Translations under genes and position numbers: made by a program
Notes under the pieces: generated by a model
Seen by the model: the letters and a program-made list of their open reading frames with translations, nothing else
Databases searched by the model: none
What the model was told of the DNA's origin: nothing
DNA from: Solirubrobacteraceae bacterium
Lineage (GTDB): Bacteria; Actinomycetota; Thermoleophilia; Solirubrobacterales; Solirubrobacteraceae
Direction: 5' to 3'
Length of the DNA stretch: 64,000 nucleotides
Assembly: GCA_036498045.1 (NCBI GenBank)
Contig: DASXIJ010000017.1
Coordinates: 3,478 to 67,477 of the forward strand
Shown here: positions 20,614-29,677 of the stretch, one piece after another
Layout: the number at the start of each line of letters is the position of its first letter
How positions within the stretch are numbered: position 1 is the first letter of the stretch

Positions 20614-21327
20614 ATGCACGCGTTCGTCGAAGCGTTCGAATTCATCGGCCGAAACGGCTCGGTCTCGGGCCAGCCGGAGCTCCCGAGCCTCACCCATCTG
20701 GCGCTCCAGACCCTGAAGGTCGGCGCGATCGGGATCGCGATCTCGGCGGCGATCGCCGTCCCGCTCGGCGTCTGGCTGGGGCACGTCCATCGCGGCTCGT
20801 TCTTTGCGATCAACCTCGGCAACGTCGGTCGCGCGCTGCCGAGCATCGCCGTCCTGGCGATCGGCGATGCGTTCCTCGGGCTCGGGCTGACGGTCGTCGA
20901 GGTCGCGCTCGTCGTGCTCGCCGTACCGCCGATCGTCACCAACGCGTATCTCGGCGTCGACGGAGTCGACCGCGACCTGGTCGACGCGGCGCGCGGTATG
21001 GGGATGTCCGAGGGGGAGATCGTCAGGCGCGTCGAGCTGCCGCTCGCCGTGCCGCTGATCTTCGCCGGCCTGCGCACGGCCGCGGTGTTCGTGATCAGCA
21101 CGACGACGATCGCGTCGCTGGCTGGCTACAGCGGCAGCCTCGGCGACCCGATCGCCAACGAGACGAGCTACCACTTCTCGGGCGTGCTCGGCGCGGCGAT
21201 CTGCGTCGCGGCACTGGCGCTGGCCGTCGAGGGCGTGCTCTCGATCGTGCAGCGCGAGCTCACGCCGCGCGGCGTGCGAATCGAGCGAGCGCAGGAAGCG
21301 CGACTCGCGGCATCCGTGGCGGTCTGA
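20614..21327 (+). CDS. Osmoprotectant ABC transporter permease 2
   Basis: NVGRALPSIA, DAARGMGMS...VELPLAVP; true start is the internal ATG of track ORF 19945..21327. Confidence 0.92.
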   Translation: MHAFVEAFEFIGRNGSVSGQPELPSLTHLALQTLKVGAIGIAISAAIAVPLGVWLGHVHRGSFFAINLGNVGRALPSIAVLAIGDAFLGLGLTVVEVALVVLAVPPIVTNAYLGVDGVDRDLVDAARGMGMSEGEIVRRVELPLAVPLIFAGLRTAAVFVISTTTIASLAGYSGSLGDPIANETSYHFSGVLGAAICVAALALAVEGVLSIVQRELTPRGVRIERAQEARLAASVAV

Positions 21328-21417
21328 GCCAGCCGGCCGCCATGTTCCACATCGACCTACGACCAACACCAACCAGCGATGACACCACGCGATGACAACC
21401 AATCCAGGAGGCGTCAC

Positions 21418-22413
21418 ATGAGGAGTCGGCCCAGGCCGCAAACGCGATCGAGCCGTTCAATCGGATGGAGCGTCGGCGCGCTGCTCGCAGCCGTCGCGCT
21501 CGCCGCCGGGCTCGCGGCGTGCGGAAGCAGCTCGTCGTCGAGCAGCTCGAGCACGTCCTCGTCGAGCAGCTCGAGCGCGGCCGGAAGCGGCCCCGGCGCC
21601 GGCAAGCCGGCGGTGACGATCGGCGACAAGAACTTCGCCGAGGAGAACATCCTCGGCGCGCTGTATGCGAAAGCGCTGCAGGCGAAGGGCTACAAGGTGA
21701 CGCTGAAGGACAACGTCGGCTCGTCGGAGATCATCTACAAGGCGCTGACGTCGGGGCAGATCGACATGTACCCGGAGTACACGGGGGTGCTGCTGTCGGC
21801 CGTCGCCGAACAGACGAAGCTGCCCAAGAGCGCCGGAGAAGCCTATGCCGAGGCGAAGGCGTTCCTCGAACCGAAGGGCTATGCGCTGCTGAACTTCACG
21901 CCGTTCTTCGACACCAACGCGCTGATCACGCTGCCGGCGTACGCGAACGAACACCACCTCGCGTCGATCGCCGATCTCAAGCCGCTCGGCAAGAGCGTCA
22001 AGCTGGGCGGGGCGCCCGAATTCGCGACGCGGGTCGAGGGCTCGATCGGGCTGAAGAAGGAATACGGCGTCGTCCCGACGTTCGTCCCGGTCTCGATCGA
22101 ACTGTCCTACAAGGCGATCGAAGGCGGCCAGGTCAACGTGCAATCGGTCTTCTCGACCGACGGCCAGCTGATCGGCAACAAGTTCAAAGAGCTCGCCGAC
22201 CCGAAGCACGTGTTCGGCTTCCAGAACGTCGCACCGGTCGTCAAGAAGAGCGTGTTGAGCGCCGAGGGCCCGGCGTTCGCCGAAACGATCAACAAGGTGT
22301 CGGCGCTGCTGACGATCCCGGCGATCGAGCAGATGAACAAGGCCGTCAGCATCGAAAAGCAGCCGGCGAGCAGCGTCGCCGAACAGTTCCTCAAGGCGAA
22401 CGGGCTCGCCTGA
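21418..22413 (+). CDS. Glycine betaine/choline-binding lipoprotein (OpuCC-like)
   Basis: AGGAGG RBS, lipobox LAAC, Ser-rich linker, IGDKNFAEE, IDMYPEYTG. Confidence 0.92.
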   Translation: MRSRPRPQTRSSRSIGWSVGALLAAVALAAGLAACGSSSSSSSSSTSSSSSSSAAGSGPGAGKPAVTIGDKNFAEENILGALYAKALQAKGYKVTLKDNVGSSEIIYKALTSGQIDMYPEYTGVLLSAVAEQTKLPKSAGEAYAEAKAFLEPKGYALLNFTPFFDTNALITLPAYANEHHLASIADLKPLGKSVKLGGAPEFATRVEGSIGLKKEYGVVPTFVPVSIELSYKAIEGGQVNVQSVFSTDGQLIGNKFKELADPKHVFGFQNVAPVVKKSVLSAEGPAFAETINKVSALLTIPAIEQMNKAVSIEKQPASSVAEQFLKANGLA

Positions 22414-22497
22414 GCTGACCCGGCCTGCCGGTCCGGCGCCGTGTGGGCTTCGTGCTCACGCGGCGCCCCGCGCCGCGCGTGCTGACAAGCTTCGCGG

Positions 22498-23193
22498 ATG
22501 CGGCGCGGCGGCGGTGGCGGCAGGGCGGCGCGCTTGGCGCTGTGGCTGCTCGGCGCGGTGGTCGTCCTGCTCGGGCTCGCGCAGCTGCTGCTGCCGAAAT
22601 TCGCCGCCGACCGGATCTCCTCGCGGGTAGGACGCTACGGCAAGGTGACGAGCGTTCACGTCAGCGCCTGGCCGGCCGTCAAGCTGCTGTTCAAGGACGC
22701 CGACTCGATCAGCGTGCGCGCGCACGATGTCGCGCTGAGCCCCGCGCGCACCGACGCGCTGCTCGAGGAAGCGGCCGGCACGAACCACCTCGATCTGGTC
22801 GCGACGACCGCGCGCGAGGGGCCGCTCGCGCTCAGCGACGTCCGACTGAGAAAGCGCGGAGCAGCGCTGCACGCGAGCGCGTTCGCGAGCGTCGCCGACG
22901 TCCGCGCGGCGTTGCCGCCGGGGTTCGACGTGAAGCTGCTCGACAGCACCGGGGGACGCGTCGAGGTGCGCGCAAGCGGCGGCCTGTTCGGCGTGGGCAC
23001 GTCAGTCGACGCCGTCGCCGAGGCGGTCGACGGCAAGCTCATCGCGCATCCGCGCGGGCCGCTGATCGAAGCGCTTCGCCTGACGCTCTTCTCAGAGCCG
23101 CACGTCCGGCTCGACGCGATCGCCGCCCGCCCCGCGACCGGGCCCAACGGCGAAAGCGGCTACACGCTGGAAGCGAGCGCCACGTTGCGCTGA
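22498..23193 (+). CDS. DUF2993/LmeA-like membrane-anchored protein
   Basis: N-terminal TM, then V-x-V-S-A-W-P-A-V-K-L-L pattern typical of the family. Confidence 0.65.
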   Translation: MRRGGGGGRAARLALWLLGAVVVLLGLAQLLLPKFAADRISSRVGRYGKVTSVHVSAWPAVKLLFKDADSISVRAHDVALSPARTDALLEEAAGTNHLDLVATTAREGPLALSDVRLRKRGAALHASAFASVADVRAALPPGFDVKLLDSTGGRVEVRASGGLFGVGTSVDAVAEAVDGKLIAHPRGPLIEALRLTLFSEPHVRLDAIAARPATGPNGESGYTLEASATLR

Positions 23194-24614
23194 GGGGCGG
23201 CGCGCGCGCCGACCAGCACCGGCAGCCCTTCCTTGGGGCTGATCGTCGGCATCTGACGGATCCGCAGGTCGAAGTCGGGCGCGAGCGACAGGCTGAAGCG
23301 CGACAGCAGGAGCGTCGCGATCGTGCGCACCTCCAGCTGGCCGAAGCGCATCCCGATGCACGTGCGCGAGCCGCCGCCGAACGGCACATACGCGCCCTTC
23401 GGCAGCGCGGCCTTCGCGTCGGGCGCGAAGCGCTCGGGGCGGAACTCGTCGGGATCGGCGAACACGTCGGGCAGGTGGTGGCTGGCCCACGAGCTGTAGT
23501 TGACGAAAGCGCGCGACGGCACAGTGTGGCCGGCGAACTCGAATGCACCGATCGCGCGCCGCGGACCGACCCATGCGGGCGGGTACTTGCGTAGCGTCTC
23601 GTCGAGCGTCATCTCCAGCTGCGAGAGCTCGCCGCTGGTGAGCTGCTCCGCCGTCGGAGTGCGCCCGAGCGTCAGCTTCGCGTCCTGCTCGGCCACGAGC
23701 AGCTGCGCCAGGCGCGCGTCGCGCGCGAGCTCGTAGAACATGAACGACACCGTCGACGTCGTCGTGTCGTGCCCGGCGAACAGGAGCGTCATCACCTCGT
23801 CGCGGATCTGCAGGTCGGTGAGCGTGCTGCCGTCGTCGTCGTGCGCGTCGAGCAGCAGGCTGAGGATGTCCGTTCCGCGCCGTCCGCTCGCCCGCCGCTC
23901 GGCGATCTCGGCGTAGATCAGCGCATCGAGCTCGCGCGCCGCGCGCTGCATCCGCCACCACGGACTGGGCCGCGCGCGGAAGACGCGCAGGAAGTAGTCA
24001 GACGCATAGAACGCGAGCGCCTCCTCGAACAGCCCCGCGGCGTCGATCGCGCGGGCGCGCCTGCCATCGGGGTCGACGCCGAACAGCGCGCGCATCGCTA
24101 CGCGCATCGCCAGCCGCCGCGTCCACGCGTACAGGTCGAGTCGCTCGCCGACGTGCAGGCGGTCGAGCGCCCGCTCGGTCTCGCCGACGATCGCGTCGAG
24201 CGACGCCGCCACGTGGTCGCGATGGAAGGCCGGCAGCATGATCCGGCGCGACTGGCGGTGAAAGTCGCCGTCGATCGTCAGCAGCCCGTCGCCCATCAGC
24301 CCGATCAGGTCGCGAAACTGCCCGTCGCGCCAGGTGAAGTTCGAAGCGTGCGAGACCAGCATGTGGTGGTTGGCCTCTGGGCCGAGCATCCATACGACGT
24401 TCGAGTGGAACAGCCGCAGCGTGAAGATCGGCCCGTAGCGCGCGTAGGACTCGAGCAGCATCTCCAACGGTTCGCTCGCGAATCGTCGCGTGCGCGCGAT
24501 CGAGAAACGCGTCTCCCCCGGCGGAAACGACCCGGCGCGCTCGCTGCGAATGTCTTCCAGCATCACCGCGAACGGGTTGCTGTCGAGCATCGGAGGCGGG
24601 CCGGCCAGAGCCAC
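23160..24614 (-). CDS. Cytochrome P450
   Basis: LFAGHDTT I-helix, ETLR, PERF, FGGGSRTCIG heme ligand; TACGCT 6 nt before GTG 24614. Confidence 0.95.
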   Translation of the reverse strand: MALAGPPPMLDSNPFAVMLEDIRSERAGSFPPGETRFSIARTRRFASEPLEMLLESYARYGPIFTLRLFHSNVVWMLGPEANHHMLVSHASNFTWRDGQFRDLIGLMGDGLLTIDGDFHRQSRRIMLPAFHRDHVAASLDAIVGETERALDRLHVGERLDLYAWTRRLAMRVAMRALFGVDPDGRRARAIDAAGLFEEALAFYASDYFLRVFRARPSPWWRMQRAARELDALIYAEIAERRASGRRGTDILSLLLDAHDDDGSTLTDLQIRDEVMTLLFAGHDTTTSTVSFMFYELARDARLAQLLVAEQDAKLTLGRTPTAEQLTSGELSQLEMTLDETLRKYPPAWVGPRRAIGAFEFAGHTVPSRAFVNYSSWASHHLPDVFADPDEFRPERFAPDAKAALPKGAYVPFGGGSRTCIGMRFGQLEVRTIATLLLSRFSLSLAPDFDLRIRQMPTISPKEGLPVLVGARAAPQRNVALASSV

Positions 24615-24806
24615 GGCGTTAGCGTATCGGAGGGGACTGGCTGAGTAGCCAGTTGCGTGCGCCTCCGGCCATGACGAGCGGCGCCGGCGAGCGGCGGGGC
24701 TTTCGGCGCACCCAGGAGCGCCCGCTGCGATCGGGCCTCGGCCGATCGGCGAGGCTTGGCATACTGAGGTCCCGCGCTCGGCGCCAGTTGGTGAGCGCGA
24801 GATCGC

Positions 24807-24880
24807 GGGGGCGTAGCTCAGTTGGTTAGAGCGCTGCCCTGTCACGGCAGAGGTCGCGGGTTCGAGTCCCGTCGCTCCCG
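24807..24880 (+). tRNA. tRNA-Asp (anticodon GTC)
   Basis: GGGGGCG/CGCTCCC acceptor, CTGCC-CTGTCAC-GGCAG anticodon arm, GGTTCGAGTCC. Confidence 0.97.
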
Positions 24881-25008
24881 TACTTTCCCCCGTCTTCTTT
24901 CGCGGCCCGGGCCGGCGGCCTTGCCGCAGGTGACGACCTCGCTGGCTCGTCTGCTGGCGTGGCGGCGAAGCGCCATGGGGCTCGTTCGACGTTTGTCAAG
25001 ATGGTGGG

Positions 25009-25509
25009 CTATCGAGGACTCTGCGCTTCGACGTACGACGCGAGCTTGTCGAAGGCCATTGTCCACCCAACAGCACCGGGGGAGTCCGCGGAGACTCCAG
25101 CGTGGGTCATCCGCATCTTCGTGCGACCAGCAAGGTCCTCGAGTTCGACGATCACCTCCGTCGTCGTGGGGTGCCCCTCGGGCATCCCCAGGTCAGAGGG
25201 AGACAAGACGTTGCCGTGCTCGTCTGACATTGACTCGGTGTAGGCGAGCCGCTTGTTCTCGACGACCTCGCGGTACTCGCCGGTGAACCACATCTGCCTC
25301 GGGCCAGTCGGGGAGTCCATCTCCATGCACACGAAACGGGCGCCACCGACGCGCACATCTAGCGTCGCCACGGGGATCGTGGCACCGCCCGGGCCGTACC
25401 ACGCCTTGAAGTGTTCGGGGTCCGTCCACATCCGCCAGATGAGATCCACGGGCGCATCAAGGCTGCGCTCGATCACCACGGAGTCCTGAGAAACGACGTC
25501 GTCGGTCAT
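25009..25509 (-). CDS. SRPBCC/AHSA1-domain protein
   Basis: IERSLDAPVDLIWRMWTDPE..W, DVRVGG, GW..AFDKL. Confidence 0.9.
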   Translation of the reverse strand: MTDDVVSQDSVVIERSLDAPVDLIWRMWTDPEHFKAWYGPGGATIPVATLDVRVGGARFVCMEMDSPTGPRQMWFTGEYREVVENKRLAYTESMSDEHGNVLSPSDLGMPEGHPTTTEVIVELEDLAGRTKMRMTHAGVSADSPGAVGWTMAFDKLASYVEAQSPR

Positions 25510-25862
25510 TGCGTTTCGCCGGCCTTTCGTTCAGCTTGAAGTTCGGTGAGGTAAGCGGTCATCCGGTCGAAGCGGGCCTCCCACACAGGCCGGTACTGCT
25601 CGGCCCACGTTGCGATCTCCTCGAGAGGCGCGGCATCGAGCGCACAAGGTCGGTACTGGGCTTGAGCGCCTCGCAGGATCAAGCCGGCTCGTGCGAGGAC
25701 CTTGATGTGCTTCGAGACCGTCGGAAGCGTCAAATCGAATGGCTCGGCGAGCTCGTTCACATTCGCCTCTCCTTCAGCGAGCCGAGCCAAGATCGCACGC
25801 CGTGTCGGGTTTGCGAGCGCAGCGAAGGTCTCTGTGAGTCGATCCTCCTCGATTACGGCCAC
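25506..25862 (-). CDS. ArsR/SmtB-family regulator
   Basis: FAALANPTRRAIL, VSKHIKVL..AGLI; coupled to the SRPBCC gene. Confidence 0.92.
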   Translation of the reverse strand: MAVIEEDRLTETFAALANPTRRAILARLAEGEANVNELAEPFDLTLPTVSKHIKVLARAGLILRGAQAQYRPCALDAAPLEEIATWAEQYRPVWEARFDRMTAYLTELQAERKAGETQ

Positions 25863-25885
25863 GACAACTCCTTATTTTCGCGCCT

Positions 25886-25897
25886 AGCTAATTAGCT
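25886..25897. promoter_or_regulatory. Putative ArsR operator
   Basis: Perfect palindrome AGCTAATTAGCT just upstream of the arsR-like gene. Confidence 0.45.
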
Positions 25898-26107
25898 GAT
25901 AGAGAAAGTACGACTCAGCCGAGCCCTTGTCAACCTGCCTCGCGAATCGATCGCTACGGCTCAGGACATTCGCCCCGCCGCGAGGTGGAGGCGTAGCGGC
26001 CTTACACGGCTGGCGCCTTAGCACTGGAGAACGACCGGATCTGCGGCTTGACTCAGGAGGACGTACGTGCTTTGATAATGAGAGTTACCTCTCAAATAAG
26101 GAGCACA

Positions 26108-26470
26108 ATGTCTAGCGCCAAGGTCTTCCGGGATTACCTGGATCGCTTCACCGCCGGCGACGCGATCGGCGCCGCCGACCTGCTCACTGACGACTTCTCA
26201 TTTCACGGCCCGATTCTCCAATCTGAGGGGAAGGAGGCATTCCTCGAGGGGGCGCAAGGCCTGGGGCCAGTCGTTCGCGGCAACGAGATGCTGCGCCAAT
26301 GGGAGGATGGCGAGGAGGTGTGCTCCGTCTACGAGTTCAAGGTCAAGACGCCCGTAGGCGAGGGCTCGATCCCGATGACCGAGTGGTCGCGCATACGCGA
26401 CGGCAAGATCGCCTCGTCGCGGCTGATCTTCGACACAGCCCAGCTGGCCGCGCTGATGCCACAGAACTGA
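26108..26470 (+). CDS. SnoaL/NTF2-like protein
   Basis: AAGGAG RBS; LLTDDFSFHGP, RIRDGKI...FD. Confidence 0.85.
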   Translation: MSSAKVFRDYLDRFTAGDAIGAADLLTDDFSFHGPILQSEGKEAFLEGAQGLGPVVRGNEMLRQWEDGEEVCSVYEFKVKTPVGEGSIPMTEWSRIRDGKIASSRLIFDTAQLAALMPQN

Positions 26471-26481
26471 GAGAAGCTCTC

Positions 26482-27159
26482 GTGCCAAAGCGGCCTTGGA
26501 CCGGATACGAGCGCTTCTGCCCGCTCTCTCGCGCGCTAGACGTGATCGGGGAACGCTGGACGCTTGTGATCGTGCAAGAGCTGATGAAGCGACCGAGCCG
26601 CTACGGCGAGCTGCTCGAGCGCCTCCCGGGCATTAGCACGAGCGTGCTCGCCGACCGGCTCCGCCGCCTCGAAACAGCGGGCGTCCTCGAGCGTCGACCC
26701 GCGCCGGTCGGCGAGGGAAACCTCTACGAGCTCACTGCCCGCGGGCGCGAACTCGAGACGCCGCTGCAGGCGTTGCGAGAGTGGGGCGTTTCGTTCCTCG
26801 TTGATCCCAGCGCCGACGGTCACCGCGAGCACCGCTTCAACATGAGCTACGTCAAGGGCATCGACACGCTCCCAGACGCCACGTTCGAACTCCGCGTCGA
26901 CGGACACCCGACTACGCTCACCTTCTCCGCCGGCGCGCTCCACCAACGGGCCGGAGCGCCAACGACGCCACAGCTAGCTGTCCACACCAGCTCCACATTC
27001 ATGAGCCGATGGGCCGCCGGTGATGTGGACTGGGACGACGGCCGCGCAACCGGCGAGGTGGCCGTCGAAGGATCGCGCGAGTCCTGGCCAAACTGGCTCG
27101 CCGCCACCGGCTACCTCCTCGCATATCCGCCGGAGACCAGCAATGACCGCCCCCGCTGA
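26482..27159 (+). CDS. HxlR-family winged-helix regulator with SCP2-like C-terminus
   Basis: YERFCPLSRALDVIGERWTL, LPGISTSVL..RL, YELT.RG. Confidence 0.88.
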   Translation: MPKRPWTGYERFCPLSRALDVIGERWTLVIVQELMKRPSRYGELLERLPGISTSVLADRLRRLETAGVLERRPAPVGEGNLYELTARGRELETPLQALREWGVSFLVDPSADGHREHRFNMSYVKGIDTLPDATFELRVDGHPTTLTFSAGALHQRAGAPTTPQLAVHTSSTFMSRWAAGDVDWDDGRATGEVAVEGSRESWPNWLAATGYLLAYPPETSNDRPR

Positions 27160-27493
27160 GGGCCCGACGAAATTCTTCTGGAAAGTCGCGAGCGATGCAC
27201 TCCGCCTCGACGGAGTCCAAACCGGGACGATGATGGGCTTTCCGTGCCTGAGAGCCGACGGCGCCTTCTTCGCTTCATGCGACCACCGAACGGGAGAACT
27301 CATCGTCAAGCTGCCGCAGGCGCGTGTCCAAGAGCTGATCGGTACCGGAGACGGGATCCCCTTCGCGCCTGCCGGACGCGAATTCCGAGAGTGGGTGAGG
27401 GTTGCGGTCCGCGACGCCTCGAAGTGGGCAATGCTGATCGCCGAGGCGCACGCGTTCGCCGCGAGCCGGCCCGATCGGACAGCCCCATCGTAG
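27143..27493 (+). CDS. Hypothetical TfoX-N/MmcQ-like protein
   Basis: GTMMGFPCLR..G.FFA, LIVKLP..RV, FAPAGREFREWV. Confidence 0.65.
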   Translation: MTAPAEGPTKFFWKVASDALRLDGVQTGTMMGFPCLRADGAFFASCDHRTGELIVKLPQARVQELIGTGDGIPFAPAGREFREWVRVAVRDASKWAMLIAEAHAFAASRPDRTAPS

Positions 27494-27667
27494 CCATGCC
27501 AAGGAACCGCGGGCGCTGAGCGCTCCGCTACGCGCACGCCGCCTTTGCTGAGAGGCAGCCTACGGGGCCACGAGCGCCGGGTATCGACCACGCTGAACTG
27601 CTCCGCTTTGCGGGCTCAGGGTGACACGAACCGCTTCTCGTGGAGCCGTCGGATCGACGGCCACGGT

Positions 27668-27695
27668 GGGTTCGAACTTCGTCCCGTCGCTCCCG
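27668..27695 (+). repeat. Degenerate duplicate of the tRNA-Asp T-arm/acceptor end (attR-like)
   Basis: GGGTTCGA-acttc-GTCCCGTCGCTCCCG versus tRNA GGGTTCGA-GTCCCGTCGCTCCCG. Confidence 0.75.
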
Positions 27696-27724
27696 CTTTT
27701 GTCTCCCAGCTTCCGCGGCTTGCG

Positions 27725-28075
27725 CTAGTTCGACGACGTAAGGGCCAGGGCCCGCCGCAAGCCCGCGTCGACCTGAGCCATGAGCCAATCGGGCAGCGCG
27801 GTGACACGCTCCTCGAGCGTCTCTCGGTCGATCGTCGCAATCTGGGTCACGTTCACGACTGAGTCAGCCTCAATCTCAGCGAACTCGGTCGAGATCGCGA
27901 CGTTCCCCGGCAGTCCCGCGAGTCGTGCGTTGCCGGTGAGCACAACCACGGTGACGGTGCTCAACCTTGAGCGGTTATAGGGATCGGCACTGACGATGAG
28001 CACCGGGCGGCGAAGGGCAGGAGCCGACCCGCGTGGAAGGCCGAGGTCAGCCCACCACACCTCGCCGCGGTGCAT
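27725..28075 (-). CDS. MazF/PemK-family type II toxin
   Basis: RGEVWWADL..P.GS.P..RRPVLIVS.D.YN, PGNV, DSVVNVTQI.TID. Confidence 0.93.
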   Translation of the reverse strand: MHRGEVWWADLGLPRGSAPALRRPVLIVSADPYNRSRLSTVTVVVLTGNARLAGLPGNVAISTEFAEIEADSVVNVTQIATIDRETLEERVTALPDWLMAQVDAGLRRALALTSSN

Positions 28076-28308
28076 CAGTCGCGATCGTCGGAGGCAACTG
28101 CAGCAGCGGCAGCATCGGTGAATGCGTTGTCCACCGGAACACGGGCGATCGCGCTGTTGATCGCGTCGGTGGTGTCCTCATCCTCAAGAGCGTCCAGCCA
28201 GCTCTGCGCAGCTCGCGCGTAGAACTCGCTCCGCGATACGCCCAGACGTTTTGCGGCTTGATCCACGCGCTCGAACGTGTCATCTGGTACCGAGATGGCG
28301 GTCTTCAT
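28075..28308 (-). CDS. Ribbon-helix-helix antitoxin (MazE/ChpI-like)
   Basis: MKTAISVPD..F.....AKRLGVSRSEFY; acidic C-terminus; stop overlaps the toxin start. Confidence 0.88.
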   Translation of the reverse strand: MKTAISVPDDTFERVDQAAKRLGVSRSEFYARAAQSWLDALEDEDTTDAINSAIARVPVDNAFTDAAAAAVASDDRD

Positions 28309-28314
28309 GGGCGC

Positions 28315-28333
28315 AGTATAACAGGGTTATACT
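28315..28333. promoter_or_regulatory. TA operator overlapping the -10 element
   Basis: Perfect inverted repeat AGTATAAC-AGG-GTTATACT; includes TATACT 6 nt before the antitoxin ATG. Confidence 0.75.
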
Positions 28334-28339
28334 CGCAGA

Positions 28340-28957
28340 TCATCCCGCGCGGGGCGCGGTGTCGCGGGTGACCTTGCGGACAAGCGGGACCAGGAGAGTG
28401 TTCAGCACCGCGAGGACCACGAGCACGCCGACAACGCGCCAAATGCCCGATGCGATTGGGCCGTCGCTCACTACAAACACGCCGCTGACGAGCAGCGCAG
28501 CGGAGCTCGCGCACGCGATCGCCGCCTGGCTTAGTCGATGGACGGCACGGGTGTCGAGGTCGCTCAACCGCGAGAGGAGCAGTGACGCGTGCGCGCCTGC
28601 GAGCGCCAGAACGCTCGCGACGCCGAGCGCTCGTGTGAGCGTGTCGCCGTCGCTTGCATCTGGAATCCAGATCAGCGCGAGCGCGAGCACGAACGTGAGT
28701 TGGGACAGACCGATGGTCGTCTCGCCGACCCGCCGAATGCGGCTCTCGAGTGAAAGTGCGGCCGAGCCGGCGAGGCCTCCCAGTGTGCAGAACGAGGCGA
28801 TCAGCCCGGTGAGCAGGACGCGCACGCTTGTGTCGTCAAAGCGCCCGACGATCAGAGCCCAGATCGCGACAGCAGCAGCGAGGCACAAAGCAGCGGCGAG
28901 CATTCTCGCGCCATGTCGAACGGCCGAAGGGTGGGCTGGACGCGTCGTGGGATACAC
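28340..28957 (-). CDS. Multi-pass membrane protein, function unknown
   Basis: About 6 hydrophobic segments; AAAGGAG RBS; divergent from TetR. Confidence 0.75.
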   Translation of the reverse strand: MYPTTRPAHPSAVRHGARMLAAALCLAAAVAIWALIVGRFDDTSVRVLLTGLIASFCTLGGLAGSAALSLESRIRRVGETTIGLSQLTFVLALALIWIPDASDGDTLTRALGVASVLALAGAHASLLLSRLSDLDTRAVHRLSQAAIACASSAALLVSGVFVVSDGPIASGIWRVVGVLVVLAVLNTLLVPLVRKVTRDTAPRAG

Positions 28958-28982
28958 AAGACCTTCTCCTTTTGGGCATTTG

Positions 28983-29028
28983 TTGACCGATGGTCGATAA
29001 GACTAACAGCTTACTGACCGTCGGTCAA
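28983..29028. promoter_or_regulatory. Two putative TetR operators
   Basis: TGACCgatGGTCG (28984-28996) and perfect TGACCGtCGGTCA (29015-29027) in the divergent intergenic region. Confidence 0.7.
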
Positions 29029-29041
29029 GTAGACTCGGAGC

Positions 29042-29656
29042 ATGGCCGAACCTGCGTACACGCGGCTCCAGGTCGACGAGCGCCGGCGCCAGCTCATCGA
29101 TGCCGGCAGCACGCTCTTCGCCGAGTACTCATTCGAGGAGATCTCGATGCGCCAGATCGCCGAGGCGGCCGGAGTCTCCAAGGCGCTGCTCTACCACTAC
29201 TTTCCCAACAAGATCGAGCTCTTCAAGGCTGCGATCCAGGAGCACGCCGGCGACCTGCAACGCATCACCGAACCCAGCGGACAGGGCACGCCGATCGATC
29301 AGCTCTCTGAGAGCCTCGACGGTTACCTGGCCTGGATCGAGCGCAACGCGGTGACCTGGGCGAAGCTCGTGCAGAGCGCGACTGCTCTGCCCGAGGCCCG
29401 CGAGGTCGTCCAGAGCTTTCGTGCCGCCACGCTCCAAAACATCGTCGTCCGTCTCACGGGAACGCGCAGCCCTCCCCCTGCCCTGCGCACGACGCTTCAG
29501 GGCTGGCTCGGCTACATCGACGCTGCGATCCTCGACTGGGTCGACAACCGCGACCTCACGCGCGAGCAACTCCGCGATCTGCTCGTCGCCGCCTTCGCAG
29601 CCGCTCTCCTCGCAGCCCAGCAGGCGGATCCGAAGGTTCGACTCGACGTCGCGTAG
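29042..29656 (+). CDS. TetR/AcrR-family regulator
   Basis: ERRRQLI..G..LF, ISMRQIAEAAGVSKALLYHYFPNK. Confidence 0.95.
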   Translation: MAEPAYTRLQVDERRRQLIDAGSTLFAEYSFEEISMRQIAEAAGVSKALLYHYFPNKIELFKAAIQEHAGDLQRITEPSGQGTPIDQLSESLDGYLAWIERNAVTWAKLVQSATALPEAREVVQSFRAATLQNIVVRLTGTRSPPPALRTTLQGWLGYIDAAILDWVDNRDLTREQLRDLLVAAFAAALLAAQQADPKVRLDVA

Positions 29657-29677
29657 CCCCACGTACACTCCCGCAGC

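Larger units (their letters stand above)
24858..27695. mobile_element. Integrase-less genomic islet at the tRNA-Asp 3' end
   Basis: tRNA 3' end GTCCCGTCGCTCCCG (24866-24880) repeated exactly at 27681-27695, preceded by GGGTTCGA plus a 5-nt insert; enclosed DNA looks more AT-rich. Confidence 0.6.

Noticed and set aside
24615-24845. N-terminal extension of the P450 ORF, and likewise 16712-16789 for the GGDEF gene
   Set aside because: The extensions run into or abut tRNA genes; better starts exist downstream
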